Shown: positions 10,138-19,347 of the stretch, piece by piece | Layout of the letters: every line of letters begins with the position of its first letter | Position numbering within the stretch: the stretch's first letter is position 1 | Source of the DNA: Fibrobacteria bacterium | GTDB taxonomy: Bacteria > Fibrobacterota > Fibrobacteria > UBA11236 | Length of the DNA stretch: 64,000 nucleotides | Direction: 5' to 3' | Assembly (NCBI GenBank): GCA_041746255.1 | Contig: JBGTHM010000102.1 | Span: forward strand, 1-64,000 | Notes under the pieces: generated by a model | Seen by the model: the letters and a program-made list of their open reading frames with translations, nothing else | Told to the model about the DNA's origin: nothing | The model's database searches: none | Made by a program: the position numbers and the translations under genes

Positions 10138-10773
10138 TTAAGGTGTGACCTCCGTCACTTTTCGTTGGGGCTCAGGGCTGCTTTGGCTCCAGATATACAG
10201 GCCTATCGCCCCTCCGGCCACCACAGCTCCGGTTGTCCACCAAATCCATTTGCTGCTCCCATTTTTTCGCTCCAACCGCGTCTCGGGAGCTTTCCTCTTT
10301 TTGGTTTTCCCGGCGTCTCCGCCCTGATTCGGTGATGGGATGGGGTTGCCTAACGCATCGAAATTCTCAGCGTACTGTTGCCGAGCCTGAAAATCGCCTT
10401 TGATGCGCTCGAAGAAATCGATAATGCGTTGGGGAGGGTAGAGGTCAAAAATTTGCACATTAGGAGCTAATTCCAGTAACCGATTGAAATAGCCCTCCGA
10501 TTTGGCGAGAGTAAGGGTGTCGACTGCATAGAGGACGCCCAGATATTTACAGACAATTGCTTCATCTTGGGGAGTTATTGAGGCCCGTGATTGTCCCAGG
10601 AATCGCTCCAATCCCTGCTTGAGAGACTGGAATTCGGACTCCATGTAGGCGTCATGAACGGCCTCCGAATTGAGGCGGCCGTTTTGCACATACGGGCTTT
10701 CAGCTGGGAAGGCAATCCCAACGATTATTAGCAGAATCCTCCAGATAGAGTGCATTTGTCTCAAAAATCTCAA
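10138..10773 (-). CDS. Exported TPR-like protein with C-terminal hydrophobic segment
   Basis: Signal peptide; helical KYLGVLYA...YFNRLLELAP; C-terminal WIWWTTGAVVAGGAIGLYIW. The start may be ATG 10755. Confidence 0.6.
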   Translation of the reverse strand: MRFLRQMHSIWRILLIIVGIAFPAESPYVQNGRLNSEAVHDAYMESEFQSLKQGLERFLGQSRASITPQDEAIVCKYLGVLYAVDTLTLAKSEGYFNRLLELAPNVQIFDLYPPQRIIDFFERIKGDFQARQQYAENFDALGNPIPSPNQGGDAGKTKKRKAPETRLERKNGSSKWIWWTTGAVVAGGAIGLYIWSQSSPEPQRKVTEVTP

Positions 10774-10878
10774 ATTATACGAAGTACATACTTGTGACGC
10801 GAACCATCAAACATAAAAAAAAAGCGCAATGGCACGGCCACGCGCTTGAATCATTCTATGTCGGCGGAATTCCGACGC

Positions 10879-11682
10879 TCAATCTTTTTTGATAAGAGAA
10901 TGCAAATCGAACGTGTAGGAAGCGTACAGAGTGGTCATATAGGACAAAGTTTTTTCTTCGCCCGGATTGAGTTGGAGCATTTGCCCCAATCGCACAGAGA
11001 GGTCTTTACGTGGTCTTATTCCGGCTCCGAATTCTATTTCAGTCCAATACCGAACCGTTTTCTGGATAAAGCTTTCATAGGAGGCGAATACCTGTAAATT
11101 AGCTAGGGATGCTATTTCGGATGTCAGAACTTTGAAGGTTGGCCTATACCGGGAGAAGGCGCTGCTGAAAATCGCCGGTGAGGAGATTACCCGTCTCTCC
11201 CATCGGCTGATATGCTGCATATGCAACCATGGCGCTACCGGATAGGTTGCCGAGAGGCTGAGACGAGGCCGATACTCCGCATAGTCGGCGGTGTTGTACA
11301 CGTAGGTGCTGTCTTTTTCGTCGATATATTCCCTCTCCAGGAAATAGATCTCCGCGGCCCCGTTCAAGGATATTCCATGGATCTTACCGAATGACACCTG
11401 GAAGCCCGGTACGAGGTCGTAGTCGGAATACCAGAACATGTCTCTGCCGGCGAAGGGCCAGGGTTTTCCTCGATACTGGGCATACCATGCCCCTACCGTC
11501 AGGATGTCATTCACCTTGACGTTGCCCGAGAAAAGCATCCGCAAATGCTTGCGGGGCGTATCCTCTAGAGAGACGAATTGCTGGCCTTCGCCGCCGCCCG
11601 CTCCATCCTGAGCCGATGCAATTCCGGCCGACAAGGTGAGGGCTAGGGTGAGCAGGTAGGCTGAAGAGCGGCGGAAACTCAC
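10879..11682 (-). CDS. Putative outer-membrane beta-barrel (DUF2490-like), paralog 2
   Basis: Signal peptide; EYRP, RWERR, SRYRP; C-terminal YASYTFDL. Confidence 0.6.
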   Translation of the reverse strand: MSFRRSSAYLLTLALTLSAGIASAQDGAGGGEGQQFVSLEDTPRKHLRMLFSGNVKVNDILTVGAWYAQYRGKPWPFAGRDMFWYSDYDLVPGFQVSFGKIHGISLNGAAEIYFLEREYIDEKDSTYVYNTADYAEYRPRLSLSATYPVAPWLHMQHISRWERRVISSPAIFSSAFSRYRPTFKVLTSEIASLANLQVFASYESFIQKTVRYWTEIEFGAGIRPRKDLSVRLGQMLQLNPGEEKTLSYMTTLYASYTFDLHSLIKKD

Positions 11683-12473
11683 TTCCCGAATCCAGGGTTG
11701 CCGGTCAGGTCAAACCGATACGACAAATTGAGTGAGAATAACCACGATGCTTGGTTCTCTTTTTCCGGCAGGTTCCGATACCGGGAACCCAATTGCAATT
11801 CAAAAGAAGGGATGGGTTCGACGGTCGCCCCGAATTCCGCTTCGCTGCGGTAAGCCACGAAATCCCCTTGTTCAAAACCTTCATAGTAACCGTAAAACGA
11901 AAGGTTAGCGACAGGAGCGAACCTGCCTATGGTCACCTGGAATCTCGGACGATATTGTGAGCGGGTTTCCAGGGCGGGGGTCTTGAGAACCCGGCGCTCC
12001 CAGCGGCTGGTATGCTTCATGTAGAACCAGAATGCGACCGGATATCCAACGGATAGTCCGAGCGTAGGCCGATACTCGGTAAAATCCTCCGTATCGTATA
12101 TGTAAGTGCTGTCTTTCTCATCAAGCCGTTCCTGCTTGCGGAAGAAAATCTCTCCCTCCCATCCTAAGTCAAAACCCTGGAATTGACCCATATCCACCTT
12201 GAAACCGGGCGCCCAATCGTAACCGGCAAACCAAAGACTGTTTTTTCCAGCGTATGGCCAGGGTTTTCCATGATTGTGGGCATACCACCCGACCAGGGTC
12301 AATTTTTCCGAAACTCTTGCTTCGAGGTTATACTGGACGCTGAAGTGCGTGCGGGGCGTCGCTTCCTCACCGGCAGTGAATAACGGATCGTTGGGAGCTC
12401 TCTCCTCCTGAGCCAGCGGAGCGCCCATTAATACCGGCAAGGCAGCGAAAAGGAAATAAAAAACAGGTCTCAA
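11679..12473 (-). CDS. Putative outer-membrane beta-barrel (DUF2490-like), paralog 1
   Basis: TTG start with AGGAGG; signal peptide; EYRP, RWERR, SQYRP; C-terminal LSYRFDL; 4-nt overlap with paralog 2. Confidence 0.6.
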   Translation of the reverse strand: MRPVFYFLFAALPVLMGAPLAQEERAPNDPLFTAGEEATPRTHFSVQYNLEARVSEKLTLVGWYAHNHGKPWPYAGKNSLWFAGYDWAPGFKVDMGQFQGFDLGWEGEIFFRKQERLDEKDSTYIYDTEDFTEYRPTLGLSVGYPVAFWFYMKHTSRWERRVLKTPALETRSQYRPRFQVTIGRFAPVANLSFYGYYEGFEQGDFVAYRSEAEFGATVEPIPSFELQLGSRYRNLPEKENQASWLFSLNLSYRFDLTGNPGFGK

Positions 12474-12514
12474 ATTTTCCTCCTGAATCCAGAAATGTTT
12501 TTTTCAAATTATTA

Positions 12515-12539
12515 GCCGGCTAAAGCGGGTTTAGCCGGC
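12515..12539. terminator. Hairpin, probable terminator
   Basis: GCCGGCTAAA-GCGGG-TTTAGCCGGC about 20 nt downstream of the minus-strand stop at 12559, flanked by A/T runs. Confidence 0.6.
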
Positions 12540-12558
12540 GTTTACTCCCGAGTAGTAT

Positions 12559-13842
12559 TTATCTGGCGTGAGGCAGAACGGGAATGGTTTTCCACTGGGT
12601 GGTTCCATTCGACTCAACTTTTACCACGTTCAGACCTTCCGCCAAATCCAGCGGATATTTTTCCGAAGCATTCAGGGAAAATCGTTTGCTCATCCGCCCA
12701 TGCATATCGAAAACCGTCACTTTGCCGGCGGCGGGGGTGGAGCCGACCAGCCGAAGGTAACCGGATTCATAGGCAATTACCTGCTGTTTGGCGCCGGCCT
12801 GGGAACCGATTCCCACGACGGGAGTCTCCGGGAAGGGAGGAGCAAAGGTACCCTTGCCCTGTGCCGCCAAGGAAGCACGTTGCATGATGTCGAAAATGGG
12901 CTTTCGATCCTTGCACATGGCATTGTTTTTGGAAGCATCATAGCTGGCATCGCTCTTGAAGGATTCGATTCCCCCTGCAAATCCGAGCAGGATAAGGTAT
13001 GAGGCTCCATCGGAAAAATCGGGTGTGCCGGATACGATTTTCGTCTTCAACCAGTTTCCCGTTTTGCTGGCCAGAGCATCGGTCATGGGGAACTTCGTAT
13101 TGTCATTGCAGGAGTTTTTCACCAATCCATCTTCTCCGATAGGACCGATATTATAGTAATCAAGCTTTTTGTGTTTTAGAGTCAGGTCGAAAACATAGTT
13201 GCAGCCCACCGCGTCGCGCGCGCAGTTGGATTCCGACTTGGGAGTGGTCCAATGAGGAATGTATTTCATATTCTTAAGAACGTCGTCCATTTTTCTATCC
13301 AGCAGCCATTCCGCGATATAGGCGAATTCCGTTTGTTCTCCCCAGGCTGAAATCCAGATCGGCCCTTTTTTGGCCTCTTCAATCAAGGCCTTCATGCTCT
13401 CGTATTTCTTGAGTTCGATATCGATTTTCGTACCCGCTTTGAAAGTGCCGCTGCACCATCCGGATTGGTAAATGGGGATGTTTTCCTGATAGCCGCCATA
13501 ATACTTGTTCAGGTTCGCCAGTTCCGCCTTGTAGCTGTTCTGGTACATCTCCTTGCGGGTCCAGTCAGCGGCATCTCCGCAATCGTTCATTCCGCGGATA
13601 TCCGCGCCCGCCGTGATGCCCGCGATATTGAAGTGATTGGCCATGAGGAGCAACTGGGACATGGTGACGATATCATCGGGGTCCCCGGAAGCCGTTATCC
13701 GTCGGATATCGGTAATGACCCAGATTTTGGGTTTGACGGCGGGAAGTGCCGCGGCCGACCAGGATAAGCCTCCCAGAATGAGGCAAACCAGTGCCCGGCT
13801 TATAAGCCCTTTATACAAGAAGGGAACATGTAACTTTTTCAT
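12559..13842 (-). CDS. Secreted DUF1593 (nucleoside-hydrolase-like) protein with T9SS-like C-terminal domain
   Basis: Signal peptide; KPKIWVITDI...DPDD...LLLMAN; ISAWG; C-terminal VFDMHGRM...LAEGLNVVKV. Confidence 0.7.
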   Translation of the reverse strand: MKKLHVPFLYKGLISRALVCLILGGLSWSAAALPAVKPKIWVITDIRRITASGDPDDIVTMSQLLLMANHFNIAGITAGADIRGMNDCGDAADWTRKEMYQNSYKAELANLNKYYGGYQENIPIYQSGWCSGTFKAGTKIDIELKKYESMKALIEEAKKGPIWISAWGEQTEFAYIAEWLLDRKMDDVLKNMKYIPHWTTPKSESNCARDAVGCNYVFDLTLKHKKLDYYNIGPIGEDGLVKNSCNDNTKFPMTDALASKTGNWLKTKIVSGTPDFSDGASYLILLGFAGGIESFKSDASYDASKNNAMCKDRKPIFDIMQRASLAAQGKGTFAPPFPETPVVGIGSQAGAKQQVIAYESGYLRLVGSTPAAGKVTVFDMHGRMSKRFSLNASEKYPLDLAEGLNVVKVESNGTTQWKTIPVLPHAR

Positions 13843-14129
13843 TTAGCGCCTTTCGTACGATCTCTGTAACAGGGTTCTCGTTGTAATGATCTATGTAGCT
13901 GGATTTTTGTTTCCAATTCGGAAATTCACATAGCTCTATGAGATGGGGGTAATTTAGTTCTGAACCTACCCTTTGCATCCGAGAATCCCAAAATTCCGTA
14001 TCCTTTAGGGTACGATCGGCATATGTTACTCCGGTTTGGGTTCCTGGATTTCCGGCGGCCTACCGGAAAAGGGGTTGAGTAAAATAAGGCGCAATCAGGA
14101 AGGTACCGGAATCGAAAGAAACTAGCTTA

Positions 14130-14308
14130 GAGTGCCTAACAGAATAGGGTTTGTAGCGAGGGCGAGCGAGGAAGTTTAGGGCGAGGCCCGAGGCCTTGAG
14201 AACCCTGAAGGCGTGGCTGGAGGCCACGTCGATGGGTTTGAAAGGTCGAGAACGACGCCCTGGACTTACGTAGCCGGCTGTAGTAGAACCCCATTCTGTT
14301 AGGCACTC
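14130..14308. mobile_element. MITE (179 bp), IS5-family-like ends
   Basis: 22-bp TIRs GAGTGCCTAACAGAATAGGGTT / AACCCCATTCTGTTAGGCACTC (1 mismatch); TTA direct repeats at 14127-14129 and 14309-14311; nested internal stems; no transposase. Confidence 0.8.
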
Positions 14309-15034
14309 TTAGAATTCCCATCCCAATCCCATTAATTTGCCGCAGGCCACCAAAGGCGCATGCGTTGCCCGCAGCCGGGTCTCTCCCAATCCCAATGGAT
14401 AGACGTCAGTTTGTTTCCACAGCCACTCCAACTCGGCATGGGAGAAACCGCCTTCGGGACCGCATAAAATATTGACCCGTTCGGTATCCCTCCCGTTCCT
14501 TGGGGGCAGGCGGTCGGGACCCGGATGGAGAACAACCAACGCCTCCTTTTCCCTAGCCGTTCGCCACTCCCTGAGCGTAACCGGCGCGTGCACCTCCGTC
14601 AGCCACGACTTCTTCGCCTGCTTCAGGGCCACCAGGGATTTTAGTCGCAGCCTTTCCATCAGCTTGGAAAAGCTTTGGTCTTTATGCACCTGACAATGAT
14701 CGGTAAACACCAAGTGGATATCGGAAATCGGTAATTGGCACAAGCCTTCTACCGGTTCTTCCAAATCCCGGCCTTTCAATACCGCCAGCACCAAACTTAA
14801 GGGTGGAGGCGATGCTTGCCACTGCAAGGTTTCCACCCGCTGAGCCGTCCAATGCCGTGCGGTATCGCGCAGTTCGACGCGCTCCACCAAGCCGCGCCCA
14901 TCGGCGGCATGGAGCATGGCGCCGGGTTTCAGGCGAAGAACGTCTCGGATATGGTGCAACTCGTCCTCGGGTATTTCCCAGGACCCGTTGCCCGCAGGTT
15001 TAAGCAAAAACCAACTGTCGTCGTACTCCAACAT
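14309..15034 (-). CDS. rsmE: 16S rRNA m3U1498 methyltransferase
   Basis: HHIRDVLRL, GPEGGFS, LGETRLRATHA. Confidence 0.9.
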   Translation of the reverse strand: MLEYDDSWFLLKPAGNGSWEIPEDELHHIRDVLRLKPGAMLHAADGRGLVERVELRDTARHWTAQRVETLQWQASPPPLSLVLAVLKGRDLEEPVEGLCQLPISDIHLVFTDHCQVHKDQSFSKLMERLRLKSLVALKQAKKSWLTEVHAPVTLREWRTAREKEALVVLHPGPDRLPPRNGRDTERVNILCGPEGGFSHAELEWLWKQTDVYPLGLGETRLRATHAPLVACGKLMGLGWEF

Positions 15035-15037
15035 GGA

Positions 15038-15343
15038 TTAAAATGGAAGAAAAGAAAATAGCCCGAGCTGGTTGCCCACGAAATAAAACAAATATCCCTG
15101 GAAGCCGAAAAAGGTGAGGGCCAGGATAAAGTGCAGGAGAAAGCCCAGCCAGCGAACCGCGGGGGTGACAAGTAAATTCAGGCCCAGAATCAACAAAGTC
15201 GCGCAAGTGATTACAAAACCGGTTCCCGCCGAATAAATCACGGCCTGTCCGCCGAGATGATTCAGGTTCCAGTAATACAGCCAAGCCGAAACCCCGGCCA
15301 GCGCGAAGTTCGCAATTTGCATTAGCAAAAGGGTGAAGGCCAT
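15038..15343 (-). CDS. Small membrane protein (101 aa, about 3 TM helices)
   Basis: Hydrophobic C-terminal part of ORF 15038..15847. ATG at 15343 overlaps the upstream TGA (TGATG coupling). Confidence 0.65.
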   Translation of the reverse strand: MAFTLLLMQIANFALAGVSAWLYYWNLNHLGGQAVIYSAGTGFVITCATLLILGLNLLVTPAVRWLGFLLHFILALTFFGFQGYLFYFVGNQLGLFSFLPF

Positions 15344-16218
15344 CAGTCGCCGCTCCCATAAACTTCCGCCGCCGACTCCAGCGCACGGACTTGCCCGCAG
15401 ATACCCTGTAAAAAAGCATGGGAAAGGGGTCCGCAAAAACTTTGCGCCGGCGTGCGCGCCAAGGTATACAGTTGCACCATGCGGAGATGATCGCCCGTCG
15501 CCGCCTTGACTCTTCGCAAGCGATCCAAATAGAGTGCGATTTCCGTCTCCGAGGGCTCGACACCTTCCAACGTGCAGAAAAAACTTTGCACCGTAAACGG
15601 ATGGCGCAGTCCCAGGTCCACCAGATTGGCTTCCACCTTGTCCAGCGGAACGCGCGACAAGTTCACTTTTTGGTACCAGGCTTCCGATCCCGCATCCAGC
15701 TTGGCCCACACTTCGCCATTTGCTTCCAACAACATATCGATGCCTTTTCGCACCTTGGGCCGATCCAATAGTGTGGCATTGGTGATAAGAATAAGTTTGA
15801 AATCCAATTCCGCATGTTTGGCCTGGACTTTCCGAAGCAAGCCGCAAACCGCCTCGAATTCGGGAACCATCGTCGGCTCGCCGTCCCCGCTAATGGCCAC
15901 ATCGCGCAGCCGCTTATTCGCGTCGGGCAGCGCGGCGAATTTCTCCACACGGCACACGCCCTCGCTATCCACCGTCGCTAAAAGGTCTTCCAATTCCGCT
16001 TCGATGGCTTGCAAATCGATTTTCTGCGGCGGCCCCGCCACTGTGCGATCCACTTGGCAATAAGGACAGGCGAAATTGCACAACTTATCGAGGTTGAGAT
16101 TGACTCCCAACGAGACTCCGCCCGAGCGTCGCGAAACCACCGGATAGACATAGGTGTGATCGGCAAAAGTGCGTGGGTGATGCGCGATTTCACGTTTAAG
16201 TGGGGTTTCCGAGTCCAT
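15343..16218 (-). CDS. Radical SAM protein (Tyw1/COG0731-like)
   Basis: VYPVVSRRSGGVSLGVNL, CNFACPYCQV, SGDGEPT, ITNAT, KLDAG. Confidence 0.85.
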   Translation of the reverse strand: MDSETPLKREIAHHPRTFADHTYVYPVVSRRSGGVSLGVNLNLDKLCNFACPYCQVDRTVAGPPQKIDLQAIEAELEDLLATVDSEGVCRVEKFAALPDANKRLRDVAISGDGEPTMVPEFEAVCGLLRKVQAKHAELDFKLILITNATLLDRPKVRKGIDMLLEANGEVWAKLDAGSEAWYQKVNLSRVPLDKVEANLVDLGLRHPFTVQSFFCTLEGVEPSETEIALYLDRLRRVKAATGDHLRMVQLYTLARTPAQSFCGPLSHAFLQGICGQVRALESAAEVYGSGD

Positions 16219-16256
16219 GCTATGCCTAAAATAACCGTAAATACCGGAAGCGGCCC

Positions 16257-16286
16257 TTGGTCACTTCCCGTTTGCATAACTATAAT
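16257..16286 (+). promoter_or_regulatory. Sigma70-type promoter of the rib operon
   Basis: TTGGTC-N18-TATAAT, followed by AGGAG and TTG at 16332. Confidence 0.55.
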
Positions 16287-16331
16287 CCTTTCCCGGGCAA
16301 AAGCCAAAGTACGCCAACCAGGAGAAAGTCT

Positions 16332-17438
16332 TTGGGAGCCGCCAAAACCAGCCAGCCGCAGCATTTCACCCCCGCCGACAGCGAGTTTATGGCCGCGGCT
16401 TTTGCGCAAGCGCGCAAGGTCAAGGGTAAAACCCTCCCCAATCCACCCGTAGGCGCGGTAGTCGTCAAGGCAGGACGCATTATCGCCCAAGGGGGAACCC
16501 GCGCGGCCGGTCAAGCCCATGCCGAAATCGTGGCCCTCAAAAAAGCCGGCGTTTCCGCCCGAGGCGCCACCCTCTATGTCACCCTCGAACCCTGCAACCA
16601 CTTCGGAAAAACTCCGCCCTGCACCCAAGCCATCGTGAAGGCCGGCATCGCCCGCGTTGTAATATCCGTAATGGATGCTAATCCTTTAATTGGAGGTGGC
16701 GGGGTTCGGGAACTCCGCCGCTGCGGGGTGCAAGTCGAGGTGGGGCTGCTACGGGAAGCAGGGCAGGATTTTTACGAAGCCTTCTTCTTTTTCATTCAAC
16801 GGGGGCGGCCGCTCATCCACCTTAAAATCGCCCAATCGCTCGACGGCCGCGTTAATGCTTCGCCGGGGCAGCGCACCCCGATAACCGGAATGGAGGCACA
16901 AAAATGGTCCCATGCCTTGCGATCCCAGGTGGACGCCATCCTGGTGGGAGCGGGAACCGTGCGAGCGGATGACCCGGACTTGACCCCCAGGCTGGTGAAA
17001 GGCTCTCATCCGGAATGCCTGGTTCTCTCCCGCAGCGGAGAAATACCGCCCCACGCCAAACTGATGGCCCCGGGCCGCAAGGCGCGCACCGTGCTTTTGA
17101 CCTCCGCGGCGCGTCCGGTGCCGGAATGGGTCGAGCTGGAGCCATTTCCCATCTCGGCTAAGGCCGTTAGGGCCGCCGCCGCGGGCCTACTCCAAATTTT
17201 CCGTAAGCGGAATTATCACTCCGTGTTGGTGGAAGGCGGGTCTCAGGTTTGGCGCTTGCTGTTGACAGCGGGTTTATGGGATCGCCTGCATATTCTCACC
17301 GCGCCCAAGCTTCTGCCGGGCGGGGAAAAGTGGGATACCGGTTTACCCGCGGACTGGGGAAAAGGCCTTATTTTTCATAAATTTGCAAACCTTGGCGCGG
17401 ATATCCTGTGGACTGCCGAAAATCCGGCATCACCCTGA
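16332..17438 (+). CDS. ribD: Riboflavin biosynthesis deaminase/reductase
   Basis: PNPPVGAV, HAE, TLEPCNHFGKTPPC, SLDG, VEGG. Start re-called at TTG 16332 (AGGAG 7 nt upstream). Confidence 0.93.
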   Translation: MGAAKTSQPQHFTPADSEFMAAAFAQARKVKGKTLPNPPVGAVVVKAGRIIAQGGTRAAGQAHAEIVALKKAGVSARGATLYVTLEPCNHFGKTPPCTQAIVKAGIARVVISVMDANPLIGGGGVRELRRCGVQVEVGLLREAGQDFYEAFFFFIQRGRPLIHLKIAQSLDGRVNASPGQRTPITGMEAQKWSHALRSQVDAILVGAGTVRADDPDLTPRLVKGSHPECLVLSRSGEIPPHAKLMAPGRKARTVLLTSAARPVPEWVELEPFPISAKAVRAAAAGLLQIFRKRNYHSVLVEGGSQVWRLLLTAGLWDRLHILTAPKLLPGGEKWDTGLPADWGKGLIFHKFANLGADILWTAENPASP

Positions 17439-17462
17439 TATTTTCGTTTTACGGTAAATCCC

Positions 17463-18158
17463 ATGTTCACAGGAATTGTGCAATCGCTAGGCGTTCTTTC
17501 CGGTATCACCCGGTTTTCCGAAGGCGTACGCCTGGATTTTACGGGAGGACACCCCAACGCTTTCACCCTGCGCATGGGAGACAGCGTCGCCGTCAATGGC
17601 GTTTGCCTTACGGCTACGACATTGGGACCAGACGGTTTCAGCGCCTTCGCCGTTCCCGAAACCCTTTCCCGTACCAACCTCGGTGATTTACAGCCGGGCG
17701 ACACGGTCAACCTGGAGCCGGCGCTTACGCCCACCACGCCTCTTGGCGGCCATTACGTACAGGGTCATGTGGACGGAGTAGCCGAAGTGGCGGCCGTCAA
17801 TACTTTACCAGGCGAAAGGCCCGATACCGGAAACCTGGAAATGACGGTGCGGCTTCCCCAAGAATTTCTGCGCTATTGCGTAACCAAAGGTTCGCTGGCG
17901 TTAAACGGCGTGAGTCTTACCATCGCTTCCATCGAGGGTGCCGACCTCCGCTTCGCGCTCGTCCCCCATACCCTGCAGAATACCACCTTGGGAAAGGCCA
18001 CTCCCGGCACCCGACTCAACTTTGAAGTGGATTTACTGGCGAAATATGCCGAGCGGCTTTTATCGGCCCGCATGGAAGCGCGGGAGCACAACCCGCAATC
18101 CGCCCCAGTAAGCGCGCTCACCAGCGAGCGGCTTAGGGAATGGGGCTATGAAGTTTAA
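17463..18158 (+). CDS. ribE: Riboflavin synthase (alpha chain)
   Basis: MFTGIV, GDSVAVNGVCLT, GGHYVQGHVD, KGSLALNGVSLT. Confidence 0.95.
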   Translation: MFTGIVQSLGVLSGITRFSEGVRLDFTGGHPNAFTLRMGDSVAVNGVCLTATTLGPDGFSAFAVPETLSRTNLGDLQPGDTVNLEPALTPTTPLGGHYVQGHVDGVAEVAAVNTLPGERPDTGNLEMTVRLPQEFLRYCVTKGSLALNGVSLTIASIEGADLRFALVPHTLQNTTLGKATPGTRLNFEVDLLAKYAERLLSARMEAREHNPQSAPVSALTSERLREWGYEV

Positions 18159-19347
18159 CAGCATCGTCGATGCCGTCTCCGATATCCGTCGCGGCAAAGC
18201 CATCGTGGTGGTGGATGACCGAAACCGGGAGAACGAGGGGGACGTGGTATTCGCTGCCTCGAAAAGTACCCCGGCCAAGATCAATTTTCTCGCCAAACAT
18301 GCGCGGGGTCTGGTGTGCGTGGCGATAACCTCCGAGCGGGTGGCCGCGCTGGGGCTACCCATGATGGTGCATACCAACCACTCCAAATTCGATACCGCCT
18401 TCACCGTTTCGGTGGAAGCCCGGCATGGCACCACCACCGGGATTTCGGCTGCCGACCGCAGCGTCACGGCCAAGGCCCTGGCCGATGAGAGCCTGGGAGC
18501 CGACGCTTTCGTAAGTCCCGGGCATACCTTTCCCATCCAGGCACGCAAGGGTGGGGTGTTGGTGCGCGCCGGCCATACCGAGGCCGCCGTAGATTTGGTG
18601 GGCTTGGCGGGGCTGGGATCGGCGGGCGTCATTTGCGAAATCATGAACGAGGACGGGTCGATGGCCCGATTGAACGATTGCCTGCGGTTTGCCAAACGGC
18701 ACGGCCTGAAAATCATCAGCGTGGAAAATCTCATTGAGTATCGTCGCCAAAGCGAAAAGCTCGTTCGCTTGGTTTCCGCTCCGACGCTCTCGACCCGCCA
18801 TGGCGAATTCCGGAGTTTTGTTTACGAGGATCTCATCCACGGCCGTTTGCATGTGGCCATGGTGCAGGGCGAAATCGATCCCAAAAAAACCGTCAAGGTG
18901 CGCGTCCATTCCGAATGCTTGTTGGACGACGTTTTCGGGTTGGTGTATCCCGAGGGCGGGGAGCTGTTGCAATTGGGAATGGAACGCATCGCGCGCGACG
19001 GAGGTATTTTCCTGTATATGCGGCAGGCCCAGCCGGATGAGCATTTGAAAACCCGGCTGGAAGTTTCCGAATTGGAGGCTGCCGGCGTGTCCAAGGCTTT
19101 GACGGGCAACGCCATAGCCATGGACCAGCGCACCTATGGTATCGGAGCGCAAATCCTTTTCGAATTGGGCGTGCGCAGCATCCACCTGTTGACCAATCAC
19201 CCCAAACGGATTCAGGGGTTGGAAGGATATGGCCTTAAAATCGTGAAACAATCCTCGCTTACGGGTAGCGACATGCCCTCCGCCAGGTTGGTTTCCCCAA
19301 AATCGGCGCGGAAACGCACCGCAGCGAAAAAAGGAGTTCGGAAATGA
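18148..19347 (+). CDS. ribBA: DHBP synthase fused to a degenerate GTP cyclohydrolase II domain (RibBA/RibBX)
   Basis: RibB motifs RENEGD, GISAADR, GHTEAAVDL and ICEI are intact. The RibA domain has lost two Zn-binding Cys and the QEGRG motif. Confidence 0.88.
   Translation: MKFNSIVDAVSDIRRGKAIVVVDDRNRENEGDVVFAASKSTPAKINFLAKHARGLVCVAITSERVAALGLPMMVHTNHSKFDTAFTVSVEARHGTTTGISAADRSVTAKALADESLGADAFVSPGHTFPIQARKGGVLVRAGHTEAAVDLVGLAGLGSAGVICEIMNEDGSMARLNDCLRFAKRHGLKIISVENLIEYRRQSEKLVRLVSAPTLSTRHGEFRSFVYEDLIHGRLHVAMVQGEIDPKKTVKVRVHSECLLDDVFGLVYPEGGELLQLGMERIARDGGIFLYMRQAQPDEHLKTRLEVSELEAAGVSKALTGNAIAMDQRTYGIGAQILFELGVRSIHLLTNHPKRIQGLEGYGLKIVKQSSLTGSDMPSARLVSPKSARKRTAAKKGVRK

Noticed and set aside
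14136..14321. 61-aa ORF inside the MITE
   Set aside because: No recognisable domain; explained by the non-coding element.
15344..15847. Long N-terminal ORF extensions (also 23051, 25835, 27724, 34166, 42233, 16257)
   Set aside because: They overlap upstream genes or promoters; better coupled or SD-supported starts exist downstream.
16219..16331. FMN riboswitch upstream of the rib operon
   Set aside because: No RFN consensus; the predicted leader is only about 40 nt.
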